From the NCBI RefSeq assembly GCF_032113835.1, contig NZ_DAMCTG010000009.1, forward strand, positions 3,377 to 67,376: a stretch of 64,000 nucleotides of DNA. The letters are read 5' to 3'. The translations under genes were made by a program, and so were the position numbers. The notes under the pieces were generated by a model. That model made no database searches, was not told the origin of the DNA, and worked only from the letters and a program-made list of their open reading frames with translations. This DNA comes from Achromobacter sp. GTDB taxonomy: Bacteria; Pseudomonadota; Gammaproteobacteria; Burkholderiales; Burkholderiaceae_B. Shown here in pieces: positions 29,477-36,956 of the stretch (position 1 is the stretch's first letter; every line of letters begins with the position of its first letter).

Positions 29477-30080
29477 CAGAACATATTTCGCGGTCGCCCC
29501 GTCATCGCACAGGCAGCATCGTCCTGCATCAAACAATCGATCACCGCCCGCACTGCGGGAAGCCGCCCGTGTTTGTGCGGCGTCAGGATGGTCGTGGAGA
29601 CGCGGCCGGCAGTCCATCCTGGCAGCACCTGCACTAGCCGTCCCCGACGGCCTGCGCGGAAAACACTTTAGGCAGACAGACAATGTCAAGCCCCATTTCC
29701 GCCGCCGGGAATAACGACACGGATTCGTCGGCATAAAACACCGGTTTCGGCGCGGCCTGCGCGATGTTGGACGGCGCGGACACCAGTGTGATCGGCTCGT
29801 CACGCATGCGCCGCCGCACGAGATCGGAGTCAGTAAGCGCTGCGTAGTGCCTTCGGACCGCGACGTCGAAGCCCTCCCGAACCAGATCGACAAAGCGGTC
29901 GGTGACGTGCAACTGGATGCGCAGCTCCGGGAACTGCCGCGCCAGCGTGGGCAAGCGATCGGCAAGCTGGAACTGCGCGATCAGCACCGACGCCCGCCAT
30001 GTCGGTGCTTCGCATCCCAACGTCACACCGGCGTTGGGAATATTCCTCAGCGCGACGACGGGAATAACTCGCTGGATTAA
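29477..30080 (-). pseudogene. LysR-family regulator remnant: HTH domain missing and internal 1-nt frameshift
   Basis: Only the effector-binding domain is present (LARQFPELRIQLHVTDRFVDLVREGFDVAVR ...). The frame is broken at about 29634-29637. The typical LysR C-terminus (LVQVLPGWTAGRVSTTILTPHKHGRLPAVRAVIDCLM, my own translation) continues in a neighbouring frame down to the TGA at 29477. Upstream, the frame ends at a TAA in AT-rich DNA near 30080, with no HTH. Confidence 0.7.
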
Positions 30081-30213
30081 ATATTAAAGATATTGTCCTG
30101 CGCGTCCGTTATTAGCAAAAAAAGACCTTCAAGAAGCCGCCGCTAGCCGGACGCAGCCGGGAGAATCTGACGACAGAACGAATTAATAACTCAGGACAGG
30201 ATTTGTCCCGAGT

Positions 30214-30227
30214 GGAGACTAGTCTCC
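30214..30227. promoter_or_regulatory. Perfect 14-bp palindrome GGAGACTAGTCTCC upstream of the island's first gene (candidate operator)
   Basis: Read directly from the sequence. It lies about 170 nt upstream of ATG 30394 in the AT-rich leader. An adjacent short inverted repeat is GGACA-ggatt-TGTCC (30194-30208). Confidence 0.3.
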
Positions 30228-30393
30228 CTTGGCAGCTGTGATTCACGCACCCGATTCGCATCTCAAGGAGGCTGACATGTACTCTCAGACCGCTTCGCCT
30301 ACGAAACGTCGTAATTTCACAAACGTGTGGTATTGTTTCAATACTATTCAAATAGTAATGCTGACTCCCCTAGTAGTTTGATGACGAATCGCC

Positions 30394-31272
30394 ATGGACT
30401 TTGAGATTCCCTCTTGCCTGACTGATCAGCCCGCCCTCTCAGAAGCGTATCTGGCATATCAATCAAGTAGACAAACGTTGAACGAATCGGGCCTGAAAGT
30501 GGCAGCGTGCGGTGTCTACAACGCAGGAAAAAGTTCATTATTGAATACGTTGGTGGACCGTTTCGACGCCGAAACGGAGGCTTTCAGGACCGGGGACGTG
30601 CGAGTTACCACGGAAGTTTCCGAGCTGAAATTCAATCAGCTGACGTTCGTCGACATGCCCGGCGTCGACGGTTCCTCGGAAGATGATGAAACCGCCTGGC
30701 AAGGCATTCTTCGCAGCGATTACTTCCTGTATGTCCACCGCCTTCGCGCCGTCGAGTTTGAGCAATCCGAGCTTGATTTCCTTAAGCGTCTGAAAGATGA
30801 GGTGGATGACATCGATTCACGGCTGGTACTCGTTATCAGCCAGATCGACGACGTCAGCAGCGACGAAGATGTGATTCGCAACACCGCCACCATCCGCGAC
30901 ACGTTTATCAAGGCGGCCGGTTTCGAGCCTGAACAGACTTTTTCCGTGTCGGTAACTCGATACGTAAAAGGGATGCGTGAAGGCAAGCAGGGGCTGACCA
31001 CTCGCAGCGGGATCCCGCCGCTAAAGCAATGGATTGACGTAATCAGCAGTCCTCCCGCGCAGGTCCAGTGGGAGCGTCTCCGCACCGATCGCCTAAATAG
31101 TCAGAGAGAAGCCTTGGCGGCGCAAATTCTTGCGCTCGCCGAGCAAGTGGACAGCGACATCCATGACGCAATGGAGAAGCGCCAATCGCGCCTGCGTTCG
31201 TTGGAAGAGGATATGCGAGGTCTGCTTCAAACAATCAAGGGCGCGTTGGCGCGCATTGATTCCCTAGCCTGA
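30394..31272 (+). CDS. Small dynamin-like/HSR1-type P-loop GTPase with C-terminal coiled coil
   Basis: G1 GVYNAGKS (30511-30534), G3 DMPGVDG, G4-like VISQID. The C-terminal third is helical and heptad-like (REALAAQILALAEQVDSDIHDAMEKRQSRLRSLEEDMRGLL). Confidence 0.8.
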   Translation: MDFEIPSCLTDQPALSEAYLAYQSSRQTLNESGLKVAACGVYNAGKSSLLNTLVDRFDAETEAFRTGDVRVTTEVSELKFNQLTFVDMPGVDGSSEDDETAWQGILRSDYFLYVHRLRAVEFEQSELDFLKRLKDEVDDIDSRLVLVISQIDDVSSDEDVIRNTATIRDTFIKAAGFEPEQTFSVSVTRYVKGMREGKQGLTTRSGIPPLKQWIDVISSPPAQVQWERLRTDRLNSQREALAAQILALAEQVDSDIHDAMEKRQSRLRSLEEDMRGLLQTIKGALARIDSLA

Positions 31273-31328
31273 CAAGGCACCTGCTCAGCGCCTTCCTCTC
31301 CTCAGGATCTTCCCAAAAGGAAAGTTTT

Positions 31329-31871
31329 ATGTTGCCCTTGCTTTTTGCCGGAGGTCTCGTGGCAGGCCTCGGAAAACTGATTTACGACGCAGTAACTTCC
31401 GATAGCGATTCTTCGCCTAGCTCTCCTTCGGTTGACGAGCAGGCAAAGTCGGCCCAGTCGCAACGAAAAAAAGAACTGCGAACTGAAGCCAGTAGACGAC
31501 TGCTGGCCGATACCGAGACGGCGGTAACGTTCCTGCTTGAGAAGCACGCAGTTCTCCTGACGGGTCGCGCAAAAACACCTGCAGCGCAAGTAACAGACGA
31601 ACCCGCACGCACACTAAATCCTGCAGCGAGCTGGCCTATGCCCACGGGAGTGTCGGGCTCCACCACAGGTTCCTCGACTGACGAGGACGTCCTCTCCATG
31701 CGCAACTTGCGTGACTTGAGCGGAGCCCGGCCGAGCAAAAAGGGATTCGACGCGCTGAAACCCTTAACCGATGAGTTGACTTACACGCAGGAATACCTGC
31801 AAGAGCGTAAGACCATCGCGAAAATGCGCAAACAGCGCGACGCACTTAGAACCCTTGCCGAGGCGCTATGA
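31329..31871 (+). CDS. Small membrane-anchored protein (N-terminal TM helix, disordered linker, C-terminal helix)
   Basis: MLPLLFAGGLVAGLGKLIY is a TM segment. It is followed by a Ser/Pro/Thr-rich region and a basic helical tail. AAGGAAAG precedes the ATG. The stop overlaps the next start (ATGA at 31868-31871). Confidence 0.65.
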   Translation: MLPLLFAGGLVAGLGKLIYDAVTSDSDSSPSSPSVDEQAKSAQSQRKKELRTEASRRLLADTETAVTFLLEKHAVLLTGRAKTPAAQVTDEPARTLNPAASWPMPTGVSGSTTGSSTDEDVLSMRNLRDLSGARPSKKGFDALKPLTDELTYTQEYLQERKTIAKMRKQRDALRTLAEAL

Positions 31872-33748
31872 AAAACAACCCCATGACGCGCAGACCCGAC
31901 CTTGCTGCCGACGACGAAAAGCGCGCAATGACCCGCGATGAATTTCTGCAGGTGTTTCGAAACCTCGCGGGCCGGTTTGAGGAGAATCAACAGAAAGCCT
32001 CTCAGACCGAACACTCCTTCTTTTCCGGTTTGAACACCTGCCGCGACCTCGCAGGCATCAACCCGTTTGAGTCCAGCAGACTTGACGACGACCACCCATT
32101 GCGTCAGCACCTCCATGGCGCAGTTGATCGGATCAAGGACGTGTTTGTAGCGTGGGATGAGACCATCGACAAACTCGAGACACACGCGACCTTCAAAAAG
32201 CAGATTGAAGATTCGCTGTTGGTTTTCGTATATGGCAAGGTCAAGGCCGGCAAGTCTTCGCTCGGCAACTACATTGCCCGGGGATGCACCAAACCTGTAC
32301 CGATGGCGGCCGGTGAGGCTGGCGCGCCCGTGTTTTTTGTGCAGGAAGGCCGCGAACTCACGGAAAAGGTGAGCGCCGAATCCATTCGTCGAGCGGGTGC
32401 CTTTAAGGTTGGAGAAGGTGAGACGACCAGCGCAATTCAGGGCTTTCAGTTACCCGGACTAACCTGGGTTGATTCTCCTGGTCTGCATTCCAAGCATGCG
32501 GAAAATGGCGAATTAGCGCAGAAGTATGTGGACGCTGCTGACCTGATCCTCTACCTCACAAATTCCATGGCGCCTTGTAAGCGCAGCGATCTGGAAGAGC
32601 TGAAGACGTTGGGGAGCAAAGAGCACAATCTGGCGGTCTTGATCACTGGTAGCGACCAGTGGATTGAGGATGAAGACGAGAATGGCGACCCGCTCAAAGA
32701 GCTGGCAATGAAGACGCAGACCGTTCGCGAACAACAGATCCATTATGTCCGCGACTCATTGCGAAAGCAGCACTGCGATGTCCAAAGCAAGTCAACCGGA
32801 GTCATGGACAAGACCTTGCAGCGCGCAAAAGTGCATTCGGTTTCGGTCGTCTACGCCGAAGAGCACCCTGATAGCGTCGGCATGCAGTCCAGCGGCATGG
32901 GAGCCATGTTGTACGACGTAGCGATGCTTGCCCAGAGCGCAGGCGTACGCGACAAGCTGGTCCGCCCGCTCAAAAATCTACGTCATTTCTTGAATGTTAT
33001 GCGGACTGCGCATTTGCCAAAGATTCAGTCCGCCCTCAACGGACTGACTGCGTCCATCGCCACGACGAAGAGCAAGGCTGAAACCGATGCGCGTCAACGA
33101 ATCCAAGGGATTGCACTGCGCATCGCTCCGGCCATCGATGCTTTGATCGAACAGCACGCAAGCGCCAAAGACAGCCGGGCATTCAAGACCGCGCTGGCGC
33201 AGGCGTATTCACGCTGGTTGGGCGAGGCCCGGGATTCCATAGCGGATGCATATGCAAATTCCCTCGGCGAACGTCTGACGCGCGCGATGGATTCCGCTAT
33301 TGACCTACTTCCCGACTTCGAGGACGTCAAAAAATCAATCCCGCGTCGCTCGACCGTGAACGCAAAGCGAGGCGCCGCATTGGGCGGCGCGCTGTCCGCA
33401 CTGGCAGCGCTGGCCGTACCGGGTGGCGTACTGCTAGCTGCTGGAGCGGCGGTCTTATCCTCCGCCCTGGGCGGGTTCGCAGGCAAAAAGATTGGCGCCA
33501 CGTTGGATGACACCGAGATTGCCGAAATGGTCATTGGCAACAACGCGAATGAGGTGGGTGCAAAAGCTCGCGCGGTGTTAAGCGAAAAATTCAGACGCGA
33601 AAGCGAAACCACGCTCACCAACTTGCAGTTGAGTTGCTATTCCGAGTTGGAAGCGTGGCTTTCCGGCCTGAACCGGGAGGTGAATCAGGTGACCGCAAGA
33701 ACCGAAGCGTTGTTGTCCGAATTGGACGCGCAACTAACCAACGCCTGA
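31868..33748 (+). CDS. Bacterial dynamin-like protein (GTPase + helical stalk + hydrophobic paddle)
   Basis: G1 GKVKAGKS (32234-32257), G3 WVDSPGLHS, G4-like LITGSD. A long helical region follows. A Gly/Ala-rich hydrophobic hairpin GAALGGALSALAALAVPGGVLLAAGAAVLSSALGGFAG (about 33371-33481) is typical of BDLP membrane paddles. Confidence 0.85.
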   Translation: MKNNPMTRRPDLAADDEKRAMTRDEFLQVFRNLAGRFEENQQKASQTEHSFFSGLNTCRDLAGINPFESSRLDDDHPLRQHLHGAVDRIKDVFVAWDETIDKLETHATFKKQIEDSLLVFVYGKVKAGKSSLGNYIARGCTKPVPMAAGEAGAPVFFVQEGRELTEKVSAESIRRAGAFKVGEGETTSAIQGFQLPGLTWVDSPGLHSKHAENGELAQKYVDAADLILYLTNSMAPCKRSDLEELKTLGSKEHNLAVLITGSDQWIEDEDENGDPLKELAMKTQTVREQQIHYVRDSLRKQHCDVQSKSTGVMDKTLQRAKVHSVSVVYAEEHPDSVGMQSSGMGAMLYDVAMLAQSAGVRDKLVRPLKNLRHFLNVMRTAHLPKIQSALNGLTASIATTKSKAETDARQRIQGIALRIAPAIDALIEQHASAKDSRAFKTALAQAYSRWLGEARDSIADAYANSLGERLTRAMDSAIDLLPDFEDVKKSIPRRSTVNAKRGAALGGALSALAALAVPGGVLLAAGAAVLSSALGGFAGKKIGATLDDTEIAEMVIGNNANEVGAKARAVLSEKFRRESETTLTNLQLSCYSELEAWLSGLNREVNQVTARTEALLSELDAQLTNA

Positions 33749-33808
33749 TATTCAATCGGGCGACACCGTGACGTCGGCTGCCCTTAGTTATTCCAAGACA
33801 TTACCATT

Positions 33809-35458
33809 ATGAAGACCGAAAACCCGCTAGTTCGCTTGCTCGATGACTTCTCTGAGATCCGTCCCGTCCTGGACTCCGTTTTTGAGGGGGACGCCAACGC
33901 GTTGGCGCGAGTAGCGCAGACCGCAGAAAAGTTGTCCAAAGACGCAAGGGAGGGACAACTCCAAACGCTGGTGTTCGGTCATTACAACGCGGGCAAATCA
34001 ACGTTCATCAATGCGTTGATGGGCGAGGAAGTTGCGCCCACGGGAGACGTACCGTTAACCGCACGCATCAATCCTTACGACTGGCATGGCCATCTACTCT
34101 TTGACTCACCAGGCATCGATGCACCGATCGATCATGAAATGATCACGGACGATTTCCTGCAACATCGGTGCAACGCCATCATCTTCGTGATTTCGACAGG
34201 TGGAGCGGTCGAGGAAGCGTCAACGTGGGAACGCCTGTGTTCATTCGTCAAGGACAAGAAGGCGGTACTTATCGTCATCAACGACAAGTCGGGCCTGGAT
34301 CTCAACGGAACCGAATTCGTGCGGATCCGGACGACGGTCTATCAGAATATGCAGTTGGCGGCAGCTAAGTTGGGCATGGAAGACCCAGCCGAGCATATCA
34401 ATGTAATTCACGTCAAGGCACAGACCGCACTCAAGGCACGACTGGAGAACAAGCCGACGCTGTTGGCGCGAACAGGTATCCAGGACGCTGAGGATGTATT
34501 GCGGAGATTCTTCAGTACGGCCACGGAGAAGATGCTGCGCTCGGACAGCGAGCGGGCGCGCAAACTGGTCAACGAAGCCATCGAGCGACTGGCGAAGCAA
34601 TCCGGTGACAGCGGCAGTATCGCGCTGACCGAATGCCGCAACAGGGTCGAGCAGGAGCGTACGCGCCTCGAACTCGCGCTTGTTGATGCAGTGCGAAGAC
34701 TCGTCGCGCGTGAAGTGCAAGAGACCCAAAACGCTTTGGCCCGTTTCGAAATGAACGATGCCGAACAGGTGAAGCAACGCCTCATTGAACACTTGGAGCA
34801 CTCGCAGGCGCGGATCCGGCAAGGGATTGAAAGGCAACTGCAAATCGAGTTTGAGAGCACCGATATCGTGGTCCACGACGCGGCCAAGTTGCTGTCCCAG
34901 TTGGTCACCAAGGGCAGCATGGGGTTCGACGATGTGGAGATGCGTGCTTCCGGATTTTCATATGACGGCGAATCCAGCAAATCCGGTGAAGCATCGAGTT
35001 CGGCTTGGTTCGATGCTTTCAAGTCGATTAATACCGAAAAATGGACAGAGGCGGGCATCAAGGAACTGCTGAAACAAGGCAAGGGCTGGTTCCCCAGCCT
35101 GTTTAAGGGAATTGGCCCCAAGACCATGGGGAAATGGGCGAGCACGGCCGGTCGGGCGGTCGGCCCCCTCCTGGCGATCGGCCAGGGAGCCTGGGAGCTG
35201 TATCAAGCCAGCCAGGAGGAAGCAGAGCACCGCGAGCGGCACCGCAAGTTTGTCGAACAGGTGATGGCAAGTGTTCGCCAGTCCTTCAGCGACGCGGTCA
35301 CCGAATACGAAGTGAAGATCAACGAAATCTCTAAAGGCGCCCTGACTCCCATCCTGGAAGCGTTGGACCAACGAGCGATTGAACTGCAATCGCGGAACGA
35401 AGCCCAGCAAGCGATGCAGGAACGTTTGGCAACTTGGACGCGAAAGCTCAACTATTGA
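33809..35458 (+). CDS. Bacterial dynamin-like protein (GTPase + helical stalk)
   Basis: G1 GHYNAGKS (33977-34000), G3 FDSPGIDAP, G4-like VINDKSG. The C-terminal half is predicted to be long helices. The hydrophobic segment (GRAVGPLLAIGQGAW) is much weaker than in the preceding protein. Confidence 0.85.
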   Translation: MKTENPLVRLLDDFSEIRPVLDSVFEGDANALARVAQTAEKLSKDAREGQLQTLVFGHYNAGKSTFINALMGEEVAPTGDVPLTARINPYDWHGHLLFDSPGIDAPIDHEMITDDFLQHRCNAIIFVISTGGAVEEASTWERLCSFVKDKKAVLIVINDKSGLDLNGTEFVRIRTTVYQNMQLAAAKLGMEDPAEHINVIHVKAQTALKARLENKPTLLARTGIQDAEDVLRRFFSTATEKMLRSDSERARKLVNEAIERLAKQSGDSGSIALTECRNRVEQERTRLELALVDAVRRLVAREVQETQNALARFEMNDAEQVKQRLIEHLEHSQARIRQGIERQLQIEFESTDIVVHDAAKLLSQLVTKGSMGFDDVEMRASGFSYDGESSKSGEASSSAWFDAFKSINTEKWTEAGIKELLKQGKGWFPSLFKGIGPKTMGKWASTAGRAVGPLLAIGQGAWELYQASQEEAEHRERHRKFVEQVMASVRQSFSDAVTEYEVKINEISKGALTPILEALDQRAIELQSRNEAQQAMQERLATWTRKLNY

Positions 35459-35474
35459 TCGATAGCGCCATTCG

Positions 35475-35510
35475 CCCCGATCCCCCTATAGCAAGGCGCG
35501 GTCATCGGGG
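35475..35510 (+). terminator. Weak hairpin between the GTPase module and the nuclease/helicase module
   Basis: CCCCGAT (35475-35481) pairs with ATCGGGG (35504-35510) and is followed by TTTA. The loop is large (22 nt), so this is only a weak candidate. Confidence 0.25.
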
Positions 35511-35639
35511 TTTACGCAGACGGATTCGCGTCGACGTCCCACTTCGGCAAGCTGCCAGAAAGGGCGTCGGGCGGACACATTGTCAGCGCAGTGCCGGACG
35601 CCCGTGCGTGCCGGTGTGATGAATCCATGAACAGAGCAG

Positions 35640-36956
35640 ATGACTATGCAGTGGGGTTTGTTGGGACCGGCGGCGCTGTCCGGAGAAAGGCGGACGAGGA
35701 CCTTGGGCATCGGGCGCGCTGTCCGGCGCTTTAATGAACTGGCCGTGCCGGGTACGGGTGGTGTCTGGTTCGGCAAGCAGGTCTTCCTTGCAATCCTGGG
35801 AGTCCGCGTGGCCGAACTGGCTCGCGACGCAAGAATGCCCGTTGGCAATATCGAATGCGCCAATGCGATCGAGGCGTTGGCATGCTGGCTTGGCTACAAC
35901 GAGAGCAAATGGGCGCCGCACCCGCGCTTGCGCGGCATCAACACATTACCTCGTGAACACGCCCTGGATTTTCGTACGTTGCGCCGCCCGGGCTTTTACG
36001 TTTCACAACCCACGCGCATGGCGGTTGGGCAAAGTCTGATGCCTCTGGGGTTGGCGGAGGGGCCTCGCCGGCGCTTCAACGCCCTAGCAACCACCGAGGC
36101 CGGCAGAAACTTGATCGCTTTGGCATGTGGCGACGGCGGGCGGCACGACATCGTGACGCAACTGCTGAACTGGGTGCAGGGAAAATCTGTCAGCTGGCCA
36201 CCGCGTTTCGTGAAGCTGCTCTCTCCTTGCGTGCCGCTCACACTCGCCGCCCGGGGACTGCTCCACTCTCAGTTTATTCTGGGGTCAGATAAAGAAGACG
36301 GCACACACAAGGATCGACGGCGCGCTGCGTTGCGATGGGTTGACGACCTGCGCAGTCACCCCCCTTCAGGGCCGCTGGGCTGGGAGGATCGGCCTGCAGC
36401 CATCGTCGATGACGCGCATTGGAAGGATTTACAGGCAGGCGCGCAACTCATGGCTTGTCGCGCGCAAGCCATAGTCGTGCTCGATGAGCTTGAGCGCAAA
36501 CTCGCCCTGTCTCCCAAAGAAATGCTACGCGTCGAAGAAGCGGCAGGAATGCTAGGCGACGAGCTTGCCGATCTAAAGGTGGCCGCTGATCGTTATCTAT
36601 CGTTTTCGCATCCCGATGCGGACGCCATGGCTTTTGGTCGCGAATGCGCCCTGCCTTCTACTTCCGATCGGCTCGAGCATCTGTTGCGCCGAGACGATCG
36701 GGTACTGCGGCTTGTTGCGCGCGAAGTCAAACCTGGACCAGCATTCCGCCGTGCGATGCGCAACGAAATCGCATCAGATCCGGCGCTGTCCGCGGATCCT
36801 GAAGACGCCGGCGTATCCGACGGCATCATCGACTGGCCCGCGAACCTATCGTTCCGAGTTCGCAACCTTTATGTGCTTAACCGAGATTTGCTCGAAGAAC
36901 CGAACGCGATGCGTAACGAGACCACAAACCAGATCTTCGTGGACGCCGAACTATGA
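35640..36956 (+). CDS. Hypothetical protein (no recognisable motif), first gene of the nuclease/helicase module
   Basis: 438-aa ORF. The stop overlaps the next start (ATGA at 36953-36956). I could find no catalytic or nucleotide-binding motif by eye. Confidence 0.7.
   Translation: MTMQWGLLGPAALSGERRTRTLGIGRAVRRFNELAVPGTGGVWFGKQVFLAILGVRVAELARDARMPVGNIECANAIEALACWLGYNESKWAPHPRLRGINTLPREHALDFRTLRRPGFYVSQPTRMAVGQSLMPLGLAEGPRRRFNALATTEAGRNLIALACGDGGRHDIVTQLLNWVQGKSVSWPPRFVKLLSPCVPLTLAARGLLHSQFILGSDKEDGTHKDRRRAALRWVDDLRSHPPSGPLGWEDRPAAIVDDAHWKDLQAGAQLMACRAQAIVVLDELERKLALSPKEMLRVEEAAGMLGDELADLKVAADRYLSFSHPDADAMAFGRECALPSTSDRLEHLLRRDDRVLRLVAREVKPGPAFRRAMRNEIASDPALSADPEDAGVSDGIIDWPANLSFRVRNLYVLNRDLLEEPNAMRNETTNQIFVDAEL

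Noticed and set aside
29318-29965. 215-aa minus-strand ORF overlapping the LysR remnant
   Set aside because: It is in the wrong frame relative to the recognisable LysR effector-domain sequence, and its translation is Arg/Pro/Ser-rich. The locus is better explained as a frameshifted LysR pseudogene.
30112-30351. 79-aa minus-strand ORF in the island leader (and 30344-30538 minus)
   Set aside because: It lies in AT-rich non-coding leader DNA, has no SD, an odd composition, and is antisense to the promoter region of the GTPase operon. It is probably spurious.
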